64,000 bases of DNA from Vitrella brassicaformis CCMP3155 (lineage: Eukaryota > Protista > Chromerida), in contig CDMY01000929.1 of assembly GCA_001179505.1 (NCBI GenBank), positions 62,001-126,000 on the forward strand, written 5' to 3'. The notes beneath the pieces were generated by a model. It ran no database searches and was not told the DNA's origin. It saw only the letters and a program-made list of their open reading frames with translations. Positions 36,494 to 49,801 of the stretch are shown here, in pieces. Position 1 is the first letter of the stretch, and each line of letters starts with the position of its first letter. Made by a program: the position numbers and the translations under genes.

Positions 36494-37900
36494 ATGGAAT
36501 TCCCATTGAATCAGGTTGTCTTTTTTCTTCTCTGGGTTTTCTCACTCGCTTGGTCCGCATCATGCGACACGCTTGCGTCCTTGCTATCGCCATCTTCCCT
36601 TCCGCGAGTGCCCCTCGGCTCATGGACCGGCGCTATCGCAATCGGACGGCTGAGCGGCGGCGCCAATCGAAGGCGGCCTTCGGGGAGGAAGGACGCGAGA
36701 AGAGCATGCACTGACGAAGATGACGCGTCATGCGCGGCAGAGAGGACAGCAGGGCGGCAGGCGAGAGGCGGCGATGACGGCGCGCATCAGTGTGAGCAGC
36801 CCCATCCCCCGCCACCTCATTTTGACCACAGCTGGAGCAAGGCTGGCGGCAGATCCATGCCCCGAGCCTTCATCCAGACCCCTTCATGGCTCATCTCTCC
36901 CGCAATGCGACAAATGGGGAGGCGGCAGGCGGCCTGCTCGGGAGGCGACGCTACACTTGGGGGTGAGAGCATCGCCTCTGACCCAGCGACTGTCGTGCGG
37001 CTCTCTGATGAGGAGAGCGGTCGGCAGTATGAGGCTCTCGACGACGTGGATGTGCTGATACAGAGGCTGCTGAATGCTGGCGAGAGTCAGCTGCCGTCCA
37101 TTGTGTACAACAGCCTCAGCTTGGTGAATTCCAAGCAGTTTGAGTACCGCTTCAAGAACATGATCGAGCGCGCCCCTGACTCGGAGGAGAAGCGCCGGCT
37201 GTCGGCCCTGCTCGTGCGAGTCTACAAGCTGGAGGAGGAGATCGTGGCTGAGGGGCGCGACAAGCTGACCGCTGCCGAGAGCCAGGCGCAAGATCTTCTG
37301 CAGATCGCGACGAACGAGAAGGGGGAGTTCTATTATCCGCTGCCATGGGAGGTCAAGGAGCGGGTCCGCACGTTCATGAGGGACCCCGCCAACCTGCAGC
37401 AGATCGATGACGGGCAGCTGTTTTCCATCCAGCGGTGGTACGAGAAGGGCCAGGCCGACGAGCGAGCCTTCCACATCCTCCCCACCCTGGAGCTCATTCT
37501 GGAGTCATGGGCGTCTCAGACGGTCCTCAACGAGATAGAGAACGACAAGCGGCTCAACCCCAGCTCGTGGATGGCGACCTCTGCGGCCGGTCAGGTGCTG
37601 CAGAAGCTCTTCCAAACCGAGAGGCAGTGGTGGTGTGAGGAGCTGGAGAGCGACCTGATGCCGCGAGGGCCTGAGGGCGAGACCAAGTGCAGCGTTGAGA
37701 CGGTGCGTGAGACGCTGGAGGAGGTCATGAAGGACATCGCACTGCGGCAGAACATGGGCAGCCGCAAGCAGACCATCCTGGTGGACTACTTTCGGTCTGT
37801 GGGCAAGTGCCTGCGGGATGTGGAGGACAAGCACGAGCAAGTGGTCAAGGAGCACCTGGCGGAAGAGACTGAGAGCTTCACGCGACTGCCGCCACAATGA
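36494..37900 (+). CDS. Single-exon protein with a signal peptide and transit-peptide-like region (putative plastid protein)
   Basis: MEFPLNQVVFFLLWVFSLAWSASC (hydrophobic signal) is followed by an S/R-rich stretch and an acidic helical domain of about 300 aa. The ORF is 1.4 kb and intronless. Confidence 0.7.
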   Translation: MEFPLNQVVFFLLWVFSLAWSASCDTLASLLSPSSLPRVPLGSWTGAIAIGRLSGGANRRRPSGRKDARRACTDEDDASCAAERTAGRQARGGDDGAHQCEQPHPPPPHFDHSWSKAGGRSMPRAFIQTPSWLISPAMRQMGRRQAACSGGDATLGGESIASDPATVVRLSDEESGRQYEALDDVDVLIQRLLNAGESQLPSIVYNSLSLVNSKQFEYRFKNMIERAPDSEEKRRLSALLVRVYKLEEEIVAEGRDKLTAAESQAQDLLQIATNEKGEFYYPLPWEVKERVRTFMRDPANLQQIDDGQLFSIQRWYEKGQADERAFHILPTLELILESWASQTVLNEIENDKRLNPSSWMATSAAGQVLQKLFQTERQWWCEELESDLMPRGPEGETKCSVETVRETLEEVMKDIALRQNMGSRKQTILVDYFRSVGKCLRDVEDKHEQVVKEHLAEETESFTRLPPQ

Positions 37901-38714
37901 GTGATGTGATCTGGTTGCATGTGTGCGTTTGTCTTCATGCCTTCCTGAGAGATCTCCCTTAACCAGCTGGTCTTTCATTCTCGTTCGTAGCATGGAGGTG
38001 TCTGTGAAATGGATGCCTTGCACGAGTGTGATAGAGTTTGTGTCATTCGTGCGAATGCAGCTTGACTTGGACGGTTCAAGGGTCGTGTTCATCCATCCAT
38101 CCATCCATTCATCAGTTCGCAGCCCACACGAGAACGCAATGCATTCAGTAATGCGTCCACGAGCACACACCTGACAGCAAGAGTGAGTCAACATTGTTAC
38201 CTTCTCTTAGGCAGCGTTGAGCTCGCGGCATCCGTGCACGCATGTCCGCCCAGTCATCCATCCATCAATCAATCAATCATGCCCTCAGCCAGCCAGCGAC
38301 CCACCGACAGACGGCTGAGACCATGCAGTCAGACAGACGGACAGCCAAACAAACAACCAGACACACGCCCATCCAGTCATCCATCCATCCATGCATCCAT
38401 CCATCCACACCATGCACCCATTCTCATCCAGTCCCCCGGCCGGACGGTCCGTTCTCATTCATGCGTTCATCCACACATCAAAAGATCGATCTCTGCTTAT
38501 CTTGTCGATAGTCGTCCAATCAGTCCATCCACCTGCCTGGCTGGCTGCCTCTGTCTGACTCTGCTGCTGTATGCCTCTAGCTATCAGTCATCCCGCCCAC
38601 CCAAAACCATCAGCCAGCCAGCCATCCACCCAGGCAGGCAGGCAGGCCATTCATGCAGAACCATAAGTCGCATCCCTCCCTGTTGGACCATCCATCCATC
38701 CATCACTCACTCAC

Positions 38715-41700
38715 TCAGCGCAGGAGATCGTTCCGATCAGGCTGCCCGCTGCCGCCAGTCGCCGACCCGTAGCCATAGCCACCAGTCCCGCTGCTGCTGT
38801 AGGGGGGCGGGTGGCTCCCCCCCTCTGCAGCCTGCCCCGTGCTGTGGTCGAGAAAGTCATACTGGTATTGATATGACGATGGTGCGCCACTTGCCTGGCC
38901 GCGGCCGAGCTGCTGCTGCTGCATGTGCATCTGCATGGAATGCCGCCGCTGCTGCTCCTCGCGCATCGACTCCTCCATCGCCCGGCGCATCTCTTCCTCC
39001 TCTTGGAGGGCAAGGTCCTCCTCTTCCTGCTGGCGACGTCGCTGGCGGACCTGGTCCTCCTTGGCCGTCCGCTCCGACTCAGCCAGCGCCCGGCGAAGCT
39101 CCTCCTCCTCCCTGTCGCGACGGGCATCACTAAAGGAAACGCACACAACGAACGAGAGTGAGAGTGGTGGAATACGCCACCTCGCTTCCATCTTCACTGT
39201 GTTCTGGCTTACTCGTTCTCCGGCTGCTGCAGCTGCTGGGCCTGTGGCTGCGGCTCCTCATATGCATAATGACCATCATCCCCCAGGGGCTCCCCGCCGA
39301 TGAGCCGATCCAGCCCTCCCGCCTCCCCACCACCGTCACCATGGTAGCCGCATGCCGCAGCAGGAGCGGCGGGCTGCCGGGACAGGTGCATGTAGTTCAT
39401 CGGGGGGGCGGCCTCCTGGTACTGGTGGTAGCTATAAGGCTGCTGTTGCTGCTGGCCGTTGTAGCCGTCGTCATATGATGCGGGCACCTGGGGGTCATTG
39501 GTTGATGAAGGGTGGGATGGCGTGCCCTCGCCACCCGCACCCCAGTCGCCCCCTCGACCTACTGCCCGCGAGTCCATAAACGTCTGTCCGCCGCCAAAGA
39601 GGCCGCCAGCTCCTCTGCCCTCCCTCCGGGCCGAACCGAGCCCCCTCCTCCCCTGCACATGGCGATGGCTCTCCGATGCCGTCGCCGCTGCCGCCGTACG
39701 GTGGTCCTCAGGCTGACCACCATACCCACCGAGCCGATTATCCCAACTGCCAAACAACAGATTGGGGTCGGCAGCAGACGACGCGGCGCCGATGGCTGGA
39801 GGTGGGTGTGGGTGGAGGTCCGGCGCTTGGGCGGCGTCGGGTGAGGGGACGAGGGGCGGGGAGGGGGACGCTCGTGGAGGGAATGGCGGATGAGACGGCT
39901 GGGGGAGGCCGGCTGCGGGACCGAGACGACCGAAGAGGCCACCGGGGGCCTCTGAGCGAGGGAACAGCTCATACCCACTCCTGTCTGCACACACACACAC
40001 ACACACGAGAGGAATAAGCACAGCGTATCCGCCCCATCTCATTGATGGTATTCTCCCTCCCTCCCTCCGCCCAACGTACCAGCAGACATGGCGTCAGGAT
40101 CGTTCGTAGCAGCCATCCCACCGGACGCCTGCGAGCCGTGGCCACTCCCGCCGCTGCCCGTCCTCATACCGCCCCCACTGCCCCCCGACCGCACTCCCGT
40201 CTCCACATACGGCACCGGCGGCCCAACACCATACACACCCATGTCCACTGCGCCGCGCGGAGCATCGAACAAGCCATCGCCCATCGGACCACCACCAGCA
40301 GGCTGTCCGTGAGGGGAGAAGGGCGGCACTGCACTGCCTGGCGGGCTCAGCCAGTCGTCGGGCGAAGATGCTCTCACGCCCGTCTGCTGCTGTTGTGGGG
40401 GGTTCCCCAGCCCCAGGCCCATGCCAATCCCCTGCAGGCCGTTCTGGGGTCGCTGCTGACGCGGCAGCTGATCGACATGACTGGTACAGAGACACACAAA
40501 GGGAGAGAGTGGGCATGAAGGACAGCTCAGCGGGTGTCGTATCGTGAGTGTCAATCAGTAACCCACCTTTGTGGCGGCATTCTGTGGGCGTTCTGGTCAA
40601 AAGGCGGTCGCGACGAGACGCTGCCCAGCCCCGCCAGAGGGTCGATGTCTATCTCATGGCCGCGCTGTGCGATGGCGGGGGTCATGTGGGGCCACGGATT
40701 GGCCGGCTGCTGGAGGGGGCTCCCGGTGCCGTAGGACGGGTGGCCATCGTGCCCTCCACCACGATGCGCTGACGCTGCGAGTGGCTGATCTGCACACACG
40801 TCGCAAAGACGGATCGAAAGCACGTGTTCATTGCAATCGTTTCGTCACATTTGTTGTGTCGGGTCGCTTACTCGGGTAGTGGTGCTGTGTGCTGCTGCCC
40901 CCGACCAAGACTCCCTGGCCCATGGGTGACACAGCAGATGACGGATCCGCCGCCATGGCGCCCCCATGTGCAGCCAGCGCATCGACGAACCCCTGACAGA
41001 CGGCAGACACACACGCATTGCTGTGACATGTTCAATGCATGTCAGAGGGATGTCTCACCAGATTCTGCAGAGGCGGGCTCGGCGCAGGGTGACCTTGAAA
41101 GGGCGACCCACCTGCAGAACAGACAGGTGAAAGGTCTCGTGTGTCTGCCTTCTTGGGCGTGTCGTTGTATCTCTATCTCTCCGCTTACCAAATCCGTGAT
41201 TGGGCGGGGCAACCGGTGCCAGCGGGGGCGACGAGTGGCCGCCCGCATAGCCATAGCCCCCACCTCCACCCCCTGGCTGCTGGGGCTGCAACTGCGGCGA
41301 GCCATGACCGCCCCCATAGCCGTTGGCGGCCTGGATCATGCCACCCTTGGGCTGCTGCTGGATGGAGGGAGCGTTGGGATTGCCGAACGCTGGTGTGCGG
41401 AGAACGTTGGGATGCGGCGGAACAGGGGCGGGGTGGTGCAGGACGGCAGGGTGCTGGGGGGCCATGGGGGAGTGGGGTGTGTGGGTGGGCTGCAGGGGAG
41501 GCATGCCTTGGTACGGCGTCGTGGTGGCGGCGGGGCCGTGGCCCAGGGAGCTCAGGGCCTCCTGGCGCTCCTTGAAGGCGGTGGCCTCGTCGGAGATGGC
41601 GCGCAGCTCCGTCAAGATCTCCGAAAACGACGGCCGCGGGTCCTCAGGCACCATGATACATCTGACAGAGAAATGGCGACCGACACAGTGAGCCTTCCTT

Positions 41701-43294
41701 CACTCACTCATCCCGGATGTGTCGCCATCCACTCCATTCCACTCACCTGAGCGCGAGGTTGGCGACCTTCCTTGCGAACTCCAGCGGCCACTGGGCGCGT
41801 CTGTCGAGCATGCACATGAGTCTGTCGATGTCGTGGTTGAACTCATTGACGAGGTAGTCGACTTCCTTGGTGCCCGGCCGCTGTGTGGCGGGGGGGCGGG
41901 CCGTCAGCAACTCAACCAACACCATGCCAAACGAATACACCTCCGTGTGCTCAGTCACAACAGCACTGCACAAAAGGACACACAAACCAACACGAGGAAG
42001 AAAGAATGCAATCAATCGCAGGAGGGGAGGGAGATGGGTCTGTGTGTGTGTGTCCCTCTGCTGGATGGATGCTTACCGCTTGATGTACAGCGGATCGGCG
42101 TAGCCCACAGTGCCAGCCGTCTGCTGCACACGGCAATCTGCACACACACGGACAACAAAAGCACATGCGTGTGTGAGTTTGTGACTGACAAGCAAAATGT
42201 GCGGTGTGGTATGTCTGCCCCGCTCCGCTCACCCTCTCCGCCATGCGATATCTTGGCTAGTCCAAAATCCGCCATCTTGGCGCCATCGTTCTTGTCCAGC
42301 AGGATGTTGGCCGTCTTGATGTCGCGGTGGTACACCTTGGGGTGCGAGTTGTGCAGGTGGTGCAGCCCCTCACACGCGTCAACCGCGATCTCAATCCGCT
42401 GATACCACAGCAACGGCTTCGTACCTGCACACACACAGAGAGAGAGACAGACAGGTGTGGCGAGCGGGGTGCGTGTGTGTGTGTGTGTGTGTGTACCCTT
42501 CTGCAGTCTGGTGCCGACATCGCCGCCCTTCATGAACTCATACACGAGGTAGCGATAGGGGCCCTGTTTGGCCCGGGCAAAACCCATCAAAATGACCAAA
42601 CACGGATGCCTTCAGGATCGATACACAGATGACCAACCATCAACAGAGGGGCCACGTATGCCGTGGTGCGGTGTGCGCTTTGATGGGTACCTACCTGAAC
42701 TTGGATAGGACTCTGACCTCCTCCTCAAAGCCGGCCTCGACGGGGTGCTGCAGCTGCTTGATGGCGCACTCGGTGCCTGGAGGCACACCACACCCATGAT
42801 GAGTGAGTGAACCGATCCATTGCGCTGCGCGGCGGACACGTGTTGTGTGCTTCTCGTTGGCTGACTGACCCTTGAGGGTGGCCTTGTAGACCTTCCCATA
42901 GGCACCGGCGCCCAAACAATACTTGGCGTGAAAACCCTCTGTCGCCTCATCCAGAACCTGACCAACACACACAGCAACAGCAGGCACAGGTCACTCACAT
43001 ACGATGCCATCAACACATTCCCCTGCCCCATACACGTGACTGACTGACCTCAATGGGGTACTCGAGGCAGATGTCGTTGAGGCTGTTGTCGGTGGTGGGC
43101 GACCTCTCCACATTGCCCGTCCCACCGCCCATAGCCTGCTGACCGCCCTGGCCGGCCGCAGCAGGCACACACCCCTGGTTGTTGTGACCGTAGTGGGCAG
43201 CATTATTGGCGTTGTGGTGGTGGCTGGGATGGTAGGGGTTCTGCGATCCGCCGCCTGCGGCAGCGGCGGGGTGCCGGTGGCCGTCACGATGCAT
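38715..43294 (-). CDS. IRAK/Pelle/RLK-like (TKL group) protein kinase with a long disordered tail and C-terminal UIM-like motifs
   Basis: Kinase motifs: LGAGAYGKVYKA, CAIKQL, YLVYEFMKGGD, WYQRIEIAVDACEGLHHLH, HRDIKTANILLD, ADFGLAK, GTVGYADP, EVYSFGMVLVELLT and RPSF. Tail motifs: EEEELRRALAESE and EEEEMRRAMEESM. The start codon is approximate. Confidence 0.9.
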
Positions 43295-43783
43295 GCCCGG
43301 CTCCAAGGGAACAAACTCAGCGGTGTCTGTGTCAGTCAGAAGGAAAAGGAGTTGCCGAGATCTTGTCTGCTGACAAGCGCCTCCTGGATGACTCCTGCCG
43401 TCACGATGACTCCTTCCGAGCGCCCAATGAGCTGCAGCGGCACCAGTCCAGCCGGGTTGACGCCTCTCCACACCTCTCCTCACTTGTCCTCCTCACTGGC
43501 CTCGCCGGTGCGGCAGACTCGTGCTTCTGAGGGTGTCGCGGGACGAGAAGACCCTCTCGCTGTCGCCTACGCCATCCTCACTCAGAACTCAGGTGTGCTC
43601 GGCACAGCAGCAGCATCCAGGGTAGGACAAGGCACGAGAGTCAACTTCCGCAGATTTCTGTCGTCAAATGAGCCTCCACGCCTCCCATGTGGTGCATGGA
43701 AGGCTCCGAATGCAGAATGGCCATGTCAGGTTTAGCTCGCAATTTTGACCGTTATGATGAACGGTGTGGAAGCAAGCAAAACC

Positions 43784-45527
43784 ATGATGAAGGACTTTCT
43801 TGCGCTTATCTTCCTCTTTGCAGCCTCGCAGGCACAGCGGACGTCCCAGGAGACTCAGTGGTTTGGTCGCTTCACCCGATGGCTGCGCGACAACGATGGG
43901 TACCTTCACCCTGCTGTGGTCCTGCGGCCTGAGGAGACCCGCGGACTGGGGGCACAAGATGCAATCGGCAAGGAAGAGCTGCTTCTTGCTGTCCCACGGA
44001 AACTTATGGTGACGCCTGACACGTTCATGGCCCATGAGGACGGCAGCACTCGACCATGTGTCCTCTCCTGCGACGAGGCGTCTCGGCGCGTGTCGGCCTA
44101 TGTTGCGCAGCAGTCCTATAACGCTTTGCCGCAGAATCGGCTGTTTCTCTCGATGGCAGCGTATCTGACCCATCAGCTGGACCACACAGATTCAAACGGC
44201 GCGTCGGCTTGGCTGGAGGATCTCAACAAATTGCCTTCCCCGTCTTTACCCTTCACCAGCGGCAATGCGTTTGCGGTGCGGCTGCTGTGGCCCTCACCAT
44301 CGTACCACGTGGCTGAGAGACGAAGGCAATGGCTGAGTCGGGACCATCGCAAGATTTTGTCCAACATCGATAGGGGAGTTCTGGGCGAAGGTTTCACTCT
44401 CGAGCAGTACGGCAAGGCGGTGTCGCTCATCAGCAGCCGGGCCTTCTCGATCCCCGTGCAGCCGAGGGAGGGCGAGACGTGGCGCAACAGGCATAAGGAG
44501 GAGGATGCTGTGGCTGAGGAGGATGCACTCGTCCCTTTCCTCGAGCTCTTCAACCACCGTGCCTCAGAGCACGTCAACCTGCTGTGGAATTATGACAGCG
44601 CAACTGACTTCCTGGAGGTACATGGATGCATTTGATAAGCGTGACACGTCTCCCTGTGTGTGGCCAGGTCCGCAGCACCCGGCGGATAGCTCCTGGGGAG
44701 GAGTTGATCAACTCATACGGCCGCCTGTCCAACAGGGAGTTGCTCGAGGGCTTCGGCTTCACCCTGCCGCCGTGTGAGGAGCCGAGGCAGACGTACGCCC
44801 TCCAGCCGTGGCTTATCACCGCAGCAGCACGGCAGGTGGCCAACGGCAGCGACGTGTACTCGCGTGTGTTCCAGCTGCTCAATGCCTATAAGTGAGGATG
44901 GGCGCTCGATCAGCCATACACACACGGGTGTCGGGTGTCTGGTGTGTTGTTGCAGTGTGACGGACATGTTGAATCTGGGACAGGTGGCGCTTGACAGCGA
45001 TGCCGTCAGCCCGGAGACATCGCGGCTCCTCGGCCTCACCGAGAAGAGGTTTGGTGAGAGGGTTGGCGAGTTCTGGCTGGCGCTGCTGCGGCTGCTCGAG
45101 ACGCCATACAGAGACGACCCAAGTTTGGAGCCCTTCCGCTCAACGATGCACACCAACCGCAAACACGACCCCTCGTCGTACGTGTGGTGGACCGAAAGAA
45201 CGGAAGGCAACAGCTGTGATCATGACAGGTCGCTCTTCTCGGACGACGAGGGAGCCACCAACGCAGCGGTGAGGACGACGCGCGCTCGACAGACAAACCA
45301 GTTGATGTCTCGGTTTCCTTCTTGTCGGTGTGCAGCGTGTCAAAATGTCCGAGTATGTGTGTCTGAGGAGATGGGTTGACGCACTTGAGGGGCTGCTGCG
45401 GGGCGAGGCGGCCGATGGGGCCGGCCCCTCTCGGCCGTCGCTGCGAGACGAGCTCTTGCGGTGGTTCGGGAGGGTTGCGGAGAACAGGCGAAAGGACGGC
45501 GAAAGGCAGAAGGTGTTGACGGGCTGA
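43784..45527 (+). CDS. SET-domain lysine methyltransferase (Rubisco-LSMT/SETD3-SETD6 type) with an N-terminal signal peptide
   Basis: Motifs: RGLGAQDAIGKEELLLAVPRKL, AVSLISSRAF, LVPFLELFNH and IAPGEELINSYGRLSNRELLEGFGF. The N-terminus is MMKDFLALIFLFAASQA. Confidence 0.87.
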
Positions 45528-46225
45528 ATGAATCTAGCCAGTGGTGATGGATGGATGGATGGCGCTCAGAGATGTGACGTGACACGTACGTGCTGTTGTT
45601 GATGAGCTGTGCACCACGTGGGTATGTACCACCGTGCATGTTGACCACAGATGGATGCGCGTGTTATGGATCCATCCGCCCCTTTCCGCCGCTGTCAGTG
45701 TATCAGAAATGAGACAGTGCTGCATTACATAGGGGGGATGATAGCCATGCCATGTCCGGCGTGTGTCCCACATCTGTACCTGATCGGCAATACATGTATG
45801 TTTCTTGCTCTGTCCGCTCGTCAACAGCCAAGTAAACATCCATGAAGCGACCTACCATGCCCCACGCCAGTTTGTTTCACGGCCTGATGGCGAAAAAAAA
45901 CTATCACAAACGTTCCCATAATAGGTGAATCATCGGAAAAAAGAAAAAGCAAAGGGATAAAAAAAAACTCCCCGCATGCATTCATCCATTCTCTTTGTTT
46001 CTTTCGCCTGGTGGGTGTCTCGCTGCCGTTGGCGTGCAGACCAGAAGCACACATACTAAACGAGCCCACGAAGGGCCGCGCTATTGCGGCCGCAAACAAA
46101 AGAGACACTACGCGGGACGACAAGAGCCAAAAGGCTTGAAGCGTTTCAACCGCAAACAGTGGCTTAAAGCACAGGGCAAGAGCACCAAAAAGACACAAGA
46201 GAAAACAGGCAGACAGACAGATCAA

Positions 46226-46660
46226 TCAGCCGTGGTGGTGGTAGTGGTGTTGCGTCTTGCGCTCTTCCTTGCGCAGCATGCCGGCGTAGCGACCCAGCAT
46301 CATGACGGTCGCCTGGGGATTCATCCGAGGAACCTGCAGCCGGCCACCATGTCTGTGTGTTGTCCTTGACTCAATCGATATACCGCTCACTCACCTGTGG
46401 AAAGACAGACGAGTCGCATATCGAGAGGTTCTCGATGCCCTTGACGCGAAAATCACTTGATGTCACGGTACCCATAGCCGCCGACCTGCCGATATACAGA
46501 CAACAAGAAAGTGTGTATTCCACTCCAGATAGACGGACACATATGATAGGTATGCTTGCACATGTCTCACCCCGCCCAGTGCCAAATGGAGCTGCCGTGC
46601 GCTTTGATGTATGTCTCAAGCCCTTTTTTGCTCATGTCTGCACAATATACACACACAACA

Positions 46661-46693
<33 letters not shown>

Positions 46694-49670
46694 TAGGCAC
46701 AGACATGATTTGTCTCTGTTGTCGGTCGACAACGCACCCAAAGGAAGCGGCGGGAATATCGCATATCGATTGGCTTTGCGCAGCTGCGCCTCTTCCAGGT
46801 GTTTCTCGGTGCAAGGCCCCCACAGGGCACAATCAGGGTGATGACTCGCATCCTTATGGCCACTCTCGTCCTTTCCCTTTTCCTGCAGGACACACACTTA
46901 CACGTACAATGAAGGCAACAGGCGGTGGATGGACCCAACAGAAGCCTCTCTCCTGACTGACAGGGATAATGGGCGCCATGGCAGCCTGCAGGTCCTCTCT
47001 CAGGTAGTTGGCCAGCTGGGATTGCAGACCTCGCCAATCAGCGAGCCCGTCGGGTCGCACCTTCTCCATCAACTGCATCTTGTCCTTAACCAGGCCCGTC
47101 AGCGGCGCTTCTTCGAGGGCACGTTTCGGGTCAGGCCGATCTTGTATGCCCAAGAACTCCCATATCGATGGGATTCTTGGGTAATCCGGCTTCGTTGCAC
47201 GATAGACCGCTGCCAGGTCCTGTGTGAGACAAACACTAAAGCTTGTGCAGACACGCGCTCGTCAGTTTCCGTTTCATCCGTATGTCCGTACCAGTGCCTC
47301 GTCCGATCCAGGGACAAGATTTCGTGTGCCGATCATTATGAGGTTCATTAGTGAGTTCAACACGAGAAAGGGGCATGACAGCGGCCCGCCCGGCTGCAAA
47401 ATGTCGTCGAATTTGCCCGTGGCGAGTATCTACACACACACACAAACGCGAGAACGACATTATGATACACACAGAACTGCACGTGCAAGCGTCTGCTGGG
47501 ATCTCCTTCACTGACTTTGAGTGTGTGTTTCATGCCCTGGACGGCAGCGTTCAGGTCCTCTCCCTGCGGATCACCCCAGTAGCCGCCAGAGACCACCGGC
47601 TCGCCTGAACACGCATATATACATACATGCATACACGCTTTTAGTGTGACTGGTGAAGTACCTCTTTCGTTGATGGTCACATAACCGCGGGTTTTCGGCA
47701 CGGTGGGAAAGGAGACCATACCGACCGCTTTTCTGACAGAGTGGAACGATGTGAGTAGGACGGAACGTTCATGCTGCATAGGTACAGGTAGTACTTGATG
47801 CAATTAAGGCTCGGGAGCAGTGGCAGACAGAGTGGATTGAACATGGTCGACGACATTGTGGACGATATGCACTCCTCCAATACCCGTATCAGCAAATCAG
47901 CCTCGCTGAGTACATCATACCGTCAAGGTTATCAGGTGAGACACATCCATACGTGTCTCCACAGTGTGTGTATGTGATCGACTTACGGTGTAGCCCGAAG
48001 GGCCGGAGGGAGGATGAGTTGAGCGCACGTCAGGAATCCCTCTACGGCCCTCACTCCGCTGAACTCCTCAGAGTTCAGCCACCCACAATCCAAACTCGTA
48101 TCGAGGACACTGCACCCATCCATTGATTCGCAAACATGGCGCCCATTAGAGCAGTGCCACGCATACATGTGTTTACTTGTAATCGAGTTTCTTCTTGTCG
48201 TGGCAGTCGCCGAATCGCTTGAAGCCCGCCATTTGCGCCCCTGTGCCCTTGAAGCCGTCAGGGCCAGGCACAGGCGCATCGAAGAAAGTAGCGATGAACG
48301 TCTTACTCCGATCGTGAAGGTTCTGGCCCAGCTCAGGTATGTCGAGCACCAGCCCGCCTTTCTCCCCTCTGGCTGCCATCGCCTTCTCGACAGCATCCCT
48401 GGGCCCCACACCGCTTTTCATCAACAGCAAAGGCGTGAAGATCGCTCCAGCACACAGGAAGATCTCGCCACCAGGGCGGATACATGCGCGCATCACCTCG
48501 TGTCTCTCCTCTTTGCCCTTTTTGTCATCGTATATGTCCTCCAGCAAGAGCTCGTTCACCCGTGAGTCGATCGGCTTCGGCTTCCTTGGCGATTTGACAA
48601 CCTGCACACAGGTGGCTTGCGGCTTGCCCTTGTGGCTGGTATCGAACTCCACTCGGGTGACGGTGGCGCGAGTTTTGATTTCCAGACGGACACCCTTCTG
48701 GTTGGACAGTAAGACATCAGAGGCAAGTCGCTCCCGGGTCGGCGCCATTTCATCGCCATCGTTCAAGAAAAGTGATAGGCTGTTCCACGAGCCTTCCACG
48801 GCCTGGGCTCTGGGGCCAACGGCAGGAGAGAATCCCACCTCCTCATTCGCCTCCGCCCATGCGCTGCCGTATCTGAAACAAAAACGTGAACATATACGGA
48901 CACACTTGCTGTATCGCCGTTTGGTGGATGGCGTGACTTGACTTACGGTTCTGAGAATCCCATTGGGGTGGCGACTTGTTCGCGGACCCACTCAAACGCC
49001 TGAGAGGGGGATGTATAAGTGAGACACGGCATTGGTCGTTGGTCCTCGCGAGAGGCGTGCAGGATTTTTCGCTTACATTGTCGACAATCCTTTGATCGAA
49101 GTTCGCCCCTTTCGCCCGCAGTGCGTCGAAGTACTGAGCGTTTTCCTCGATATAGACGCCTGCACTCTACATATTGTAACAATACCTAGGCAGGCATCAT
49201 GTGCTCGTCTCTCTCCTGTGTGTGTCTACGTGGATTGGTACCAAAGCAGTGCCGCCAGAGAGCACGTTGGCGAGCTGCGTGATGTGGTTCTCGGTTGTGA
49301 CGAGATCCTGACTGATCTCGGGGTTGCGCAGCCCTATACCAAGGCCTGCAATGATCTTGCCCTCCCAATTCTCACTCCTGTAGCCACCCCTCTCCAGAAG
49401 GAGCACATCAGTGTCACCGTCTTCAGCAAGGGTGGCAGCAAGGGGGGCTCCGGCAGCCCCACCACCAACCTGCCATCGGCAGCTGCGTGTCACAACACCG
49501 TGTTTGGTGTGCTTGTGCGTCGTTCGTACCACGATGTAATCATAGAGTCTGGGCTCGTCTTTGTGCAAGTCTTTGTGATGGGCTTTGCCACGATCGCTGC
49601 GCTGGCTCAATGCGGAGCGGCTGAGGATGGCCCAGATGAGGGCAAGGAAGACGTAGAGGGGCTGACCCAT
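46226..49670 (-). CDS. Secreted GMC oxidoreductase resembling plant HOTHEAD/mandelonitrile lyase
   Basis: Signal peptide, then YDYIVV|GGGAAGAPLAATLAE...VLLLERGG, EIFLCAGAIFTPLLLMKSGVGP, LGQNLHD, IWHWAG, FRVKGIENLSICDSSVF and MNPQATVMMLGRY. Confidence 0.92.
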
Positions 49671-49801
49671 CGGGAAAAGAGGGAGAGGAGGGAGGGAGAA
49701 TCTACCGAGCGGGGGACCATGGGCGGGCTTGGTGGGGGCGTCGCAGATCTGATCGCACGATCCAAAAGATCTCGACAGAATCAGGTGTCCGTCTGTCTGT
49801 G

